Assembly (NCBI GenBank): GCA_002633005.1
Contig: NMRA01000173.1
Location: 154,534-218,533, forward strand
Source of the DNA: Phoronis australis
Lineage: Eukaryota > Animalia > Phoronida
Direction: 5' to 3'
Length of the DNA: 64,000 bases
Every line of letters starts with the position of its first letter. The first letter of the stretch is position 1. Positions 13,008 through 25,010 of this stretch are shown here, in pieces. The translations under genes and the position numbers were made by a program. Under the pieces are notes generated by a model that saw only the letters and a list, made by a program, of their open reading frames with translations, was not told where the DNA came from and searched no databases.

Positions 13008-13207
13008 GGACTATGCCGAGATTGTGGAGAGGAAGGTGCGCGCAGTCGGCCTGGAAACTGACTTCATCATTCTGTCAGATGAGTCGATGCTAGCGAAGGC
13101 CATGGACGACATCACCTTGCAGAAGATCCCTTTCGCCGTTGTCTGTGCTGCTCAGAATGAGGCACACCGCTCACTTACAGTCAATATACTGCATGGCACT
13201 CCCCAAG
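13008..13207 (+). CDS. NCOA5: NCOA5-like coding exon 7 (anticodon-binding-like core)
   Basis: ttcag acceptor; reads RDYAEIVERKVRAVGLETDFIIL...QNEAHRSLTVNILHGTPQ, an NCOA5 signature; gtatgt donor; phase 2 to 1. Confidence 0.93.
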
Positions 13208-13567
13208 GTATGTGTACTTTACAGTTAAGTCAATTATGATTTAAGAAAAAACAATTTACTTGTTATTCTTTATTCCTATCGTTTATTTTATTGAATGCTT
13301 TATCAATCTCCCTGAACTAAGCTTCAAGTATTTAGTGTATGTGAGAAACAAATTTTGTTAAAGGATATCTTTTGCCTGTTTAACGTTGTCATTTATTTTC
13401 CATTGAATAGACTTTATCATTTGACCTGTCATGACTATATGTCGACTGAATATTTGTACTCGAGTTAAGTGCTGTGAGTTCTGGGAACGACTCCATATTA
13501 GATTTAAATCGACGGGCATGTTTCGTGCACTAGCGAATAAATGTATTTTCGTAAAGTAACACCACGA

Positions 13568-14377
13568 ACAGTTTGTGTTAACATAGTGCAAAACTGAGTT
13601 GTATTCTATGTATTGTGTTAACATAGTGCAAAACTGAGTTGTATTCTATGTATTGCATCCAAAGCTTCTCAGTTGATGAGTAAATAACCCTTAAAGTCTA
13701 TATGCGATATGTCTTCAATGACTAAGTGGCTGTATACGCAGATTTTAACTCCAGTGGAAGTACCAACTACAATCAGCAGTTAGGTAACATTTAAGTTTAC
13801 TTTAAGGTCAAGTTGTACCCATTTAAAAATGTCCAATTGTGGCCAACTTTGAAATATTATATTTCACAAAGAGATGAACAGATTCACGTGAAACTTTCAA
13901 TTACTTTGCTTTATACACTGTTCTACAAANACAGTTTGTGTTAACATAGTGCAAAACTGAGTTGTATTCTATGTATTGCATCCAAAGCTTCTCAGTTGAT
14001 GAGTAAATAACCCTTAAAGTCTATATGTGATATGTCTTCAATGACTAAGTGGCTGTGTTCATGAGTAAATAACCCTTAAAGTCTATATGCGATATGTCTT
14101 CAATGACTAAGTGGCTGTGTTCATGAGTAAATAACCCTTAAAGTCTATATGCGATATGTCTTCAATGACTAAGTGGCTGTATACGCAGATTTTAACTCCA
14201 GTGGAAGTACCAACTACAATCAGCAGTTAGGTAACATTTAAGTTTACTTTAAGGTCAAGTTGTACCCATTTAAAAATGTCCAATTGTGGCCAACTTTGAA
14301 ATATTATATTTCACAAAGAGATGAACAGATTCACGTGAAACTTTCAATTACTTTGCTTTATACACTGTTCTACAAAA
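13568..14377. other. Probable haplotype-overlap assembly duplication
   Basis: 13568-13929 is repeated at 13931-14377 across a single N at 13930; the copies differ mainly in tandem-repeat copy number. Confidence 0.75.
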
Positions 14378-15729
14378 CACTTTGAAATTGTTTTTAAAAT
14401 TTTCCACTTTTGAATGAGGGGCTATGAAAAATATGACCTATATGATTTGAATGAAACAATTTTAAAAGCTGTATAAAACAAAAACAAAACAATAATTAAG
14501 TAACCTATAACAGCGTTTAAAGAACATCAGTGTACATAAATCCCACTATACATGACAATTAATGTTGACATGTTTCATGAATTACGCTATACATCTTGGT
14601 GATTTGGACAAGTGGCTTATCATTGTACACTACTTGTAATATTTAAAAATGGGTTGCGCGTCAATAAAATGTGCATAATAAGCTTAAACAATATAATTTA
14701 TGTGCAAATTTTTTCATTTCTGCTAAATTGGTTGTTTAATGAATGTTTAAATGTTGAACCCAATTACGTGTATTCAGTTTCCTCTTCAATGCGGTTGAAA
14801 AAGTAACGTTGGCAAAAATAATACAAAACGAATAAACTCCCGTGCTGTCAAGACTACGGATCATTTTGTTTCAATATTTGTACAAATTTGCGGCACTTGA
14901 TGTTCGGTTTAGTGATGAATCGACAATTACGAAACTTTGCTGTTCGACATTTGGGAAAGAGACGTTTTTATAGATTATGAAGTTACTCGTTAAATTTCCA
15001 CGCGTTGACACTGCACGCCATTTGCATTGAGAATCCTATGGAAGGTTCTAACCTTGATTCTATGCGTTTGTTTCCGTGCTGCGCTTCATTTACCGTTATT
15101 TGCGGCTAATTCGTACTGTCATTTAGACATAGTAAAATCGACTATCTTATTACTTCACACTTCGATTTATGGATTTTTTAATTATTTGGCCAGAGTGCCC
15201 ATCTTCAATAACATCGTATTTTTGCATCTTACTCTGTGCGTATGGTCAATTAAAAATGTTCCGTTTGTGCATGATGAGTGTACAGTATTGTGGAAATAGT
15301 TCATTAAGATTCTTTTACACCTACGCATCTGGGATTTGCGACTCACTGGCTGACTTGATGGGAAATCACACAGCAGCAGGTCATTGTTTCCTGTACACAT
15401 CTGTGTTTTGAAATTTGTGGATTGACTCCAGTTACTTTACTCTGGTAATAAATTGAGAGGTGTTGATGGAAAAGTGGAATTTGTGAATTCTGATATTTTT
15501 GGTGTTAAAAATGTCACGCTGTCAGAATTTTCAGCTGTTGAGACAGCATCTGGTGGTGGTTAATTTACATATTTAATTTGTATTTAAGATTATGTTGTTA
15601 ATTACAGTATTGGTACATTGCCTGACGACCACTTGTTATCTTTGTATTGTCATAATAGTTCAATACATCTTACTGCTCAATGCACAGTTTCCCCTCAGTT
15701 ATTTCTTTAATTGCTTTCTTCCTATACAG

Positions 15730-16029
15730 AGCATCGCAACATGCCAGTTGATGACGCAGTTGCACTCTTAGTCCGCAACTTTGACAAATTCAAGGAGGAC
15801 ATGCGTGCCAAAATGGCACCACCCATCAGTATGCGTCCAAAGCCGCCGGCTCCCACACCCGCGGCCAACTTTGTAGCTCCGCACCCGCAGTTAGCATATT
15901 TGATGCACCTAGTCGCAGATGGTAGGGAGGTAACTCTGGATGAGCTAGATCAGATTTTTACCTACATCCAGACAAGGCGTAACCGGGAGCGTGAAGCCCG
16001 GGGGTTGCCCACTGAAAAACCGGCACCAG
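15730..16029 (+). CDS. NCOA5: NCOA5-like coding exon 8
   Basis: tacag acceptor; reads EHRNMPVDDAVALLVRNFDKFKE...QLAYLMHLVADGREVTLDELDQIFTYIQTRR; gtgaga donor. EHRNMP is conserved in NCOA5. Confidence 0.93.
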
Positions 16030-16359
16030 GTGAGAAATTGTATTGAGCTGCTTAAAAGTAATATTCAAACTGGCATTGTGGCGTAGTTTCTTGAAAGTTT
16101 TTTCAGGCAGCTCTGTCACAAGTTGAGCACGTTAAGTGAAAGTCAACAAAATGTTCCTGACTCGTTTGTTCCCGAGTAACACTCGTTTTCTTGGTCACAT
16201 TGGCTTAAATCAAAGTTTGAAAATGTCACAATTTTGGTGCAAATTTGTTTTGAGGAAAATGTTATGATTGTTTTTTAGTTGGGTAATAAAACTACATTGC
16301 CCGTTTTGCAGTTTAACCCATAATGGTGTTACTTACCTCTGTTCATGCCTGTCTTACAG

Positions 16360-16745
16360 TCGAGGCCCCAGCCCCAGTCAAGCCAAAACAGAGTGAACAA
16401 GAGAAAACCATCCTGGAGCAGCAGGCCCAATTACAAGCCAAGATACTTAGCATCCTGCAGGGACCGTCCAACACGACACCGATTGCCGCTAGCAGCTCTG
16501 TTGCTGCTGCCAACAACTTCGCACAGCAAGTGGCCCGTAGCACCCCAGCGGCCATAGCAGCTACACACTTGCAGCCACCCAGGGCTTCATCAGCTGGAAT
16601 AAATTTTGACAACCCTAGTGTACAGCGAGCATTAGATAATCTTATTCAGAGTGGACCCAATCTCTTGCGTAATATTGGTTCAACGAGTGACCCAGAGGTG
16701 AACTCTGGCGGTCATTATGGTGCGCCTGGGGGATATCGCTATTAA
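16360..16745 (+). CDS. NCOA5: NCOA5-like terminal coding exon 9
   Basis: ttacag acceptor; reads VEAPAPVK...QQAQLQAKILSILQ...INFDNPSVQRALDNLIQSGPNLL...GGYRY then TAA. The INFDNPSVQ+ALD+LIQSGP motif is typical of NCOA5. Spliced CDS is 1482 bp, 493 aa. Confidence 0.93.
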
Positions 16746-17049
16746 GAGAATGCAGAATTATAAAGCAGCAAGAATCGGTCATAGTTTATTCATTGTGGAA
16801 ATAAGCTGTTAGAAGTGTCAGTGTTGAACAGGATCTTCAGTATATTAGGTATTTGACATCGATGTTTCAATGTACGGACATAGGTTTGACTACAGTTACA
16901 TGTAAGCTAAACTCGTGTTGTATTTGTCTGCTGTCAGCAGCTTAATGTAGTCATAGGTTTGACTACGGTTACATCTAAGCTAAACTCGTGATGTATTTGT
17001 TTGCTGTCAGCAGCTTAATGTTTGCCATGTTGCACAATAGTTGTTTTAC

Positions 17050-17055
17050 AATAAA
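17050..17055 (+). terminator. Candidate polyadenylation signal of the NCOA5-like gene
   Basis: AATAAA about 305 bp after the stop codon, followed by GT-rich sequence (gttgtgtatgttgttg). Confidence 0.6.
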
Positions 17056-20000
17056 ATATTTAAAGTTGTGTATGTTGTTGCTTTCAAAAAAGGGGAAAAT
17101 GCGTAATAAAAATTTAGTGTTTCCATTTATGGTTGATTCATGAAGGTGGAAGATCAGTGTGATGCTGGGAATTGAAATGACACTAACCTTTTGCGTTCAC
17201 ACCTAAAACTTCATTATAACTGAGTACAGTAGAAGGTGCATTAAATTTCAAAGAGATTTTGCAAAGGAGGTTTGGATAACCAAAGAACTAACAAATAAGA
17301 AATGGTTACTAAAGCTCAGTCTCGGTTCTTATGGGCAACTGAAATGAATATGCACCATTTTGGGAGCTTATTGCATTCTACCTACGAAACCCGTCTTTTT
17401 TGAGGCTAGTTACCATTCTAAAACTTGATTTCCACTTGTTCCCAAGTCAATTGGAAAGCGTTTTTGCAACTTGGAAATGTTTTTTTTGGTTATAGCTTGA
17501 GATCATGCTTAGTGCATTAAATTACCGACCATCACCAGCCATCTTTTAGAGCCTGGTCAATTTCAAACTGTCATTTCTTTCCAAGCTCAAAAATGATAGA
17601 ACTCGTAATTTAATTGAGGATCATTTTAAAACCTGTTTCATAATAATTAGTGGCCAAAAACAAAAAAAAATTCATTTTTGTGATGAAATGTGGGCTTATA
17701 ACCTTGAAATTCATGTTTTCAGAATAACTTGGTCGTTTTCAGAAGAATCAACTTGATACCAAGAAGTCAGTGAAGATTTGTTCATTACAGCCATGGTTTT
17801 ATGGTGGCACAAGCCTTGGGATATTGTTATGGAGGAGAATTCATTAACTTTTGTTGCACCCTGTAAAGCATAGTTTTACACTGTCCTGTATCCTATGTTG
17901 CCAAATTCAAAGGTTTGTTTGATAAGTGGTGTAAAAGGTGATATATCTTTTGGAATTTTTTGTAGAAAAAAATCGTTCAAAGTTTTATCCTAAGTATCTT
18001 GAAAGTGCATTAATTTTGAACTGTTGGAATTTTTTTAATCCCTCTTGAATTTACTCATTAAGAATTTAATATGGTAAATCAATGCAAAATTGTAGATTCT
18101 GCAATTATCAATGAAAACGATGGTACTGTCGCGTAATTACACTAGGACCTAGATAAGTTTGTGGTTATACTGTCAATTTTCAAAGTAAATGGTCAGTTGA
18201 TCAATTGCTTGTCAATTTAGAATTTTTGCTGTTTAATCATACATAGTAGATTTGCAGCTTTGATATTTTCCTATGCAATTCCCGGGGGAGGTACCACTCT
18301 CCTCCAATATGTATCTCAGTTTGTGGTTAGTGAACAGACGGCATATTTGTCGGGAGAAAAGGCGCCATCGTACCAGGCGCTACTTGTTAATAGTGGTGTC
18401 GTACCCAATGGTGAAACTGGTTGTTGGTCACAGCTTGAGAATATTGTTGGCAGTCCATATGCTATAATTTGTGGTTGCATAGACAGATGATTTAATCATG
18501 CTCAGCGTTTAGTATTTGGGTTGAAGATCTTTGCCACTGCTTCTCAATTTGTAGGAACTTCCTAGAATAAAGCATATTTGTAATGTGGAGTGTATTTTAT
18601 CAATCAAATCAGATATTGAAACTTACATATGACGAGTTCATTCATTTATTAGCTATGTCATAATAATTTGAATATGTAAATTTTAATAAGCTCTATTCCG
18701 TGATTACTCCATGCATTTACATGACAAAAGTATAATTTATAAAGTATTAAACTTGGCTTATGGAACATTGCAGATGCTACAAATAATCATTACTAAAAAA
18801 AATTTAAGTACATCTTATGTCTTCATCACCTTTTACTTGCATACCCAGGTCATATCGCAGGTCATACCGCAGGTCGTACGGCAGGTCATTGTAATCATTC
18901 CAACTTACATATTCACCAAATAGGTTCACAACAGCCTCTCTAGCCATGCCTGTACACATTAAAGTCCTTTCTCCAAGGCCGTAAATGCATGTGTATAATC
19001 AATGCAGAGAGACTGATAGGATAAGATTTTTTAACACTTCTGAATTGCATAAATGCAGTCATTGTCTTTGGTAGTAAGCAATGAATGTTTAAAGTTACCA
19101 TCACATACCAAGCAAGGGTCATGTCAAAACTTCCTTTTGTTCTGCTGTTTGGTAATTGTGAACCATATTCAGTCTTTACCTTTACAAAGTTGGTCTTTTG
19201 AAAGACTTGCCACATCGCCAGCAGTGGTACCTCTGTGTACCCTCTTTCCCAACTCATTGTAGCCCAGATTTGACATAACTCCTTCACTTGACGATCACAT
19301 GTACAATCTCGTTTGAACATTCCGTTTATGAATTTTGGAAGATAATATGCGTCATGAACATACATGATTTTTGTGAGAATCTAGGGTGATTCTTTTGTAG
19401 AATGACGAGTGTTTCCCACTAAGGAAATGACCGCATCATATTTTCACCAAGCATTAATTTGTCACTGAATGCTTTAGAACACTGGTTTTAAATTGTGTCA
19501 CTCAATGCTTTAGAACACTGGTTTTAAATTGTGCCTTACTAAGATGAGAAATGATGTCTGGGTTTGCAAAGAGCTTAAAGTTTGTTATTGCAGACTGCAC
19601 AAAATGAACTGTGACATTCTAACTTGTATATTCTGGTCTTCAGCAATTACAAGCTGTCAGTTCTCTCTAAGCCCTGAAGTCACCACTGATTTGACTAAGG
19701 AACAATTTTAGACCAATTTCATAATGGCAAGTGGTCCAAATCAAAAGTTGTTTTTGTGATGTAAGTTGGGTTCGTTACCACTTTAACTGTTTTTCAGCTA
19801 AAATTAGTTTTTAAAGTTTACACAATATTCTCAGTTTTAGCAACCATATTCTGAAGTTGAAAACTAAAGCATTAATCTCATATTTATCTCATGCGTTAGT
19901 CGTTCATAAATATTCATTGTGTCTTTTACAGTTCACTTATAATTTGCTGAAAGGTCATTAAGTACTTGACCAAGCAGTGGGATGTTGGTATACAAAGAAG

Positions 20001-20985
20001 TGAATGGACCATGTAAGTTACATAAATCTAAATTCATCACAATCAGTGGTGGTTGATTAGTAAGAATTTTAAAGTTACTTGTATATTTATCTCGGTGCAA
20101 AATGTCTGCTCACAAAGTTTGTACTAGTAGTAACTAATCTCGCCAATTTCGGGATAAATAATTGACAAAGTCACTCTGTTCTTATTTTTCAATGTCTTAT
20201 TGTTGTAAATGTCCTTTTAATATTGTCTGTTGTTGCTATGGAACAACTTAAACATGGTAGAACATTGGTTTGGTGTAATGTATCTTTTATGAAAAATGAG
20301 AAAATAAATTTGACTTTGGTCAGCCATCTTGTGTCCTAAATTGGTAAGATTTTCCAGTATACGTTCTGTTTTGTTGATGCTGTGATGATTGTAAAGCTGT
20401 GTTCATGTATTTGATATCAGAGTACTTATATCCACTTTGAAAGTACTTCTTTATGCACTGGCATGTTAAAAGTTTGTAGCCCTCGTACATAGTTGTATGA
20501 ACATATTGAAGTAATGTGTTAGTTTTGGCATGCATGATTGCTGTTATTGTAATTTTATTTTTGTAGGCATTTCAAAGAGTGTTTGTCTTGTAGAGTACTG
20601 GAACAGTTGACCAATATGACTGTCAAGACGATGTCTATATTTGCGAACAAGCTTTAGAAAGAAGGTATGTGATCAGACTGACCTCTATTTTAAGATAAGC
20701 AGAACCACTTCAAGACAAGTATTTTTCAAGTTAAATCTGTAACCACTTCAAGAGTATAATTAGAAAACTGTTGGGAACAAAGTTTAGTGAAAAGCTCAAG
20801 GGTATATTTGTTGTGGATGTCAATAATGAGCTGTATTCGACATCTCTTGTGGCATTTTTTTATTTCTCATCTTTCCAGAGAGAGTTCATACAAAAGTAGA
20901 TTAGGAAGTACTAAAAGTGATTTTAAGTCAGATTTTGAGAAACAAGATTAGAACCTCAAACTCACGTGTGGGATTATTGTAACCA

Positions 20986-21177
20986 GCCTCCCGTTCAGTA
21001 ATGCTAGGACCTCACTGAAAAGCAAGATTTTGCGAGATTGCGTTAGATATTGCCTTTTGTTGAGAACGCTTGACTTTGGCTAGATTTTAGCTAGGTCCTA
21101 GCATAGGTCCTAGCATAGACCTAGCTAGGTCCTAGCATAGGTCCTACCATAGGACCTAGCGCTACTGAACGTACGCC
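20986..21177. mobile_element. Palindromic MITE (CGTTCAGTA..GCTAGGACCT family)
   Basis: Inverted termini and internal AGGTCCTAGC repeats; inverted homolog at 34986-35138; partial copy at ~55808-55925. Confidence 0.75.
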
Positions 21178-21340
21178 ACAATAGACGTCACGTCACATTA
21201 GGCCTCAGACCCACTTGTCTTTCTATGCATCCTCTGCATTTATTTCTCTCTTAAAATCAGTTGCTCATTAAAAAATATTTTGAAAACTTGGGATTTCGAT
21301 GGGAGGCTTGCAAAGTTCAGAATGGAAATCAGCAAAACAT

Positions 21341-21542
21341 AAAATTAATACTAGACTTGCATTTCAACTGATCGGGGTTGTGTCCTCATCGCAAGGACTT
21401 TCACTGCCATGGTGGTGTTCGGCTGATGATGTAATCAGCGGGGAATGAAACACAGCGCACGGGCCAGCCACGGCAGTTGCTAGTGAAAGTCCTTGCGATG
21501 AGGACGCAATGTCGCTCAATTGAAATGTACAGTATTAGTTTT
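21341..21542. repeat. Long inverted repeat / foldback MITE
   Basis: Arms of about 65 bp, including the perfect match GTCCTCATCGCAAGGACTTTCACT / AGTGAAAGTCCTTGCGATGAGGAC. Confidence 0.8.
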
Positions 21543-22148
21543 AAGTTTTTTCCTGGTATTTATTTACTGGATCTCCAATATTCAACAACTGATTCGAGAT
21601 GGAAATAGTCAAGGGACATAGTTGAACCAACAAGATGTATTGTAAGTACCATTATAGAGTGCAAACCAGGTTTCCCCTTTTGTGATTGGTCAAGTGAAGT
21701 TCGTCTCTGAATGACGGTGCAATAAAAAATGTGCATGTGAGTCATCTGCTTTAGAAATGTCAAGATGTTAAATTTCAGAGATGAATGAATTCCTAATAAT
21801 TAGATTGCATTTAAAATACAGGAAAAGAAATTCACCTTATGCCATGGCATTGACTCATCTCTTATATGTAACTACATCAGTCAGTGTTGATCAGAAAGTG
21901 CTAGGATATCAACATGTTCTGATACCTGTTGCCTGGTTGATACAAATAACTCATGTTGGTCATGGTACAGTGTAGTGCAACGAGTTTTAATGAAATTACT
22001 AGTTGAAGATGATTTGAAACTGAAATTAAAATGTGTCATGTCATCTTTTGATTAAAATTTTTTAAAGTCTTAGAAAAATTGGAAATCATTCAGGCTTTCG
22101 TTTGCAAAATACCAATTTATAAATTATGTGCCAGTGGGGTAGGCAGAT

Positions 22149-22516
22149 CTGGTATTGTGTTAAGTGAGGCCTGGTATTTTTAAGTGAGGCCTGGTATTTT
22201 GTTAAGTGAGACCTGGTATTGTGTTAAGTGAGACCTGGTATTGTGTTAAGTGACACCTGATATTGTGTCAAGTGAGACCTGGTATTGTGTTAAGTGAGAC
22301 CTGGTATTGTGTCAAGTGAGACCTGGTATTGTGTCAAGTGAGACCTGATATTGTGTTAAGTGTATCCTGGTATTGTGTCAAGTGACACCTGGTATTGTGT
22401 CAAGTGACACCTGGTATTGTGTTAATTAAGACCTGATATTGTGTTAAGTGTATCCTGGTATTGTGTTAAGTGAGACCTGGTATTGTGTTAAGTGTATCCT
22501 GGTATTGTGTTAAGTG
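22149..22516. repeat. 22-bp minisatellite, ~16 copies
   Basis: Unit CTGGTATTGTGTTAAGTGAGAC. Confidence 0.95.
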
Positions 22517-22729
22517 TTCTGGAGACGAGTTAGTGACTTACTTTCACTGTGAGTTAGTATTTCTGATTTTAAGCAATAGCGTTTGAGGCTAGTTTCTCGA
22601 CTACAAACTTGATTACCTGTTCATACATTCAGTTGATAGTAAGTTAAGGCAGCTTAAAAAATCATGGAGGCTTGCATTACTAATACCGGTTTTCACATTT
22701 TTAGGAAAAGTTTTTGAGCTGAATTTTTA

Positions 22730-23480
22730 TCTATTATATAAAATGCATTGTTTGCTCAAACTCCTTCTCCCCCGCTCCACTACAGACCTTCGTTGCGCCG
22801 GTTTCGGCACCGCCTTGGTCTCAGGTATTGCCCCGGCCCCCTGTTAGGATTCGAAGTGTCCTATATTTTTCTCGCGGGCCATTTTTTCACGGATGCGGAG
22901 GGAAGGCAGCTTTGTAGTGGCCTTGGTGATGTTAGTCGGTCGGCTCACGGCCTGGGTGACGTCACCCCGTTGGCTTAATTTCACTCCCTCCGGCTTAGTC
23001 GCATATATAATTCATCAGGCCTGTCGCTGCCCAAATTAATGATGCCTCATTAAAAATTGTTTAATCTTCCTTGAGTAAACTAAATTATTTACCCGGGTGT
23101 TGGAATGTTGGCGTTCTTCAGTTATTCTGCTGCTAAAATTGCCATGCGCTCTTTGGGCGCCATTGCGTCACCTATTGGCCAATTTCCATTTTCTTCAATC
23201 AACTGCGGGGTTGCGTACAGATCACAACCATCGGAAGTGGTTTCATTTCGTTACAAGTTTTTACTATTTTAGTTCCAGAAAGCCCAATTTCAGAACAAAC
23301 TCTCAAGAGATATCGCAAAGTTTTAGGAAATGGCGCCTAGGCCTACGTGCGCGTGTCACGAGTATGCACTGTTTTCGTTGCACCCGTTTTGGCACCGCCT
23401 TGGTCCCAGGTAGTGCACCGGCCCTCTATTAGAATCGAGGTGTTCTATTTTTTCTCGTATTCTGTTTTTTTGCAGATGCA
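22730..23480 (+). mobile_element. Helitron of the same family, 3'-truncated
   Basis: Starts A|TCTATTATATAAAATGCAT; colinear with the reverse complement of ~53890-54497; right boundary approximate. Confidence 0.8.
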
Positions 23481-24533
23481 GAGGGCCTGTTTGTACCTAC
23501 ATAGGATGGTGAAATGTCATCTTGGAAGTGTTTGAACAGATATATGATGGTTGAATGTCATCTTGGCAGTGTTTGAATAGACATTTGTACACTGCACTCA
23601 AGGCTATTGAAGATGTGTTTAACAACTTAAATATTTTATTAGAAAGAGCATGGTTTAGGAAGACGTATTACATCACTTGTATCTCCATTGGGCAGTTAAC
23701 ATTTTGACATCACATTTTAACTACAGTATACATGATACAACAGCTACTATGATATTGACACAAACATCATTTTTGTGTTTTTAGCCCACATACTCTGACA
23801 GCTTTTGCCATGGAAGTAACTATCTTAACATTAAGGAAAGTCTACAGTGGTTTGAAGGTAAGTTACCTAGCATGCAGATTTCACTGCTTATAAACACTGC
23901 TATATGTTGGAGGTGTGTAGCACTTTGGCTAAAGTACAGACTAGAAACAGTTGATAAACGTGTAATATTTTAAATAGTGGCTTAGTATTTGTAATATGCC
24001 TGGTTTGAACTCTGTTATTTAATAATATTGTTAGTGACTTGACCTTATGCCCATCAACTGGTTGTTTTCTTCATTTAAATTTACATTTATTAGTGCTAAC
24101 ATTCACAGAGTTCACATTTCCCATTTACTTGCTATCCTACAATATATGTGTTGACAGTTTTGATAAAATGATCACAATTTAAACAACATTTGAACAATAC
24201 AATATCTTGTGTAGCACAATGACTCACAATAAATAACCAGCATAAATGCAGAAGCCAATGTGAATAGCAAAAGCAGTCGTGAAGTGACGTACACATCTGC
24301 ATCAGTCTTCACATGTCAACTGAATCTGCATAATAGTCGCAGTATCAGCCTCTCATTCATCTTCAACAATTCACTTGGTGGCAAATGCAGTGGCCCTATT
24401 GCGACCTTATGGACTGCACACCTGCCCCTGCTCAATGGAAGACTGCATATTACATCTCCCTGTGTTGTGATTCAGTGCCAATTCTGCCTCATAAAGCACT
24501 CATCCATGAGCCACGCATTATTACAGCTCTCAT

Positions 24534-25010
24534 TCAACATTCCAACCCCTGCTCAATGGCTGTTTCCTCTGTATTCTTACCCACCATATCTTTCATCACT
24601 TTAGCCTCATCACCCTCGTCATCCTCTTGCTCATCGCCCTCGGAGAAGTAGTCCTCATCTGTCACGTACATGGGTTGATAGTCCTGTGGTGAGTAGAGGT
24701 CACTCTCTAGTGCCATATTATTCATACTGGACATGAGAATCTTGGGTAATTTCTCCAGGTTGGAGCACCACATTGCGCTGGGACTGAGAGGCAAACCCAT
24801 GTCCATGTCATCTGACAGAAGTAGTTCTGCGGGACCAAAGTCCATGAAGTACTCGTCGTCATTGTCCACCACTCGCTCGTCGTCACCGTCATATTCAGAT
24901 GTGAGGTCGATGCCCGAGTCGCTCTTCTCAGATGGTGATGACTGTTTGTACGGCTTAGGGTCACCGTGGCGAGACTCGAAGAAAGATAGCACCACTGCAC
25001 TCTGGGATAT
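24534..25010 (-). CDS. PXDC1: PXDC1-like terminal exon 3 (end of PX plus acidic tail)
   Basis: ctaattacag acceptor; reads ISQSAVVLSFFESRHGDPKP..., then a D/E-rich tail ending in TGA. Spliced CDS is 831 bp, 276 aa. Confidence 0.82.
   Translation of the reverse strand: MSQSAVVLSFFESRHGDPKPYKQSSPSEKSDSGIDLTSEYDGDDERVVDNDDEYFMDFGPAELLLSDDMDMGLPLSPSAMWCSNLEKLPKILMSSMNNMALESDLYSPQDYQPMYVTDEDYFSEGDEQEDDEGDEAKVMKDMVGKNTEETAIEQGLEC

Noticed and set aside
18940-19365. 141-aa minus-strand ORF and nearby 76-aa ORF at 18260-18490
   Set aside because: No recognisable domain and no consistent splice sites. Could be a decayed TE or pseudogene; BLASTX would be needed.
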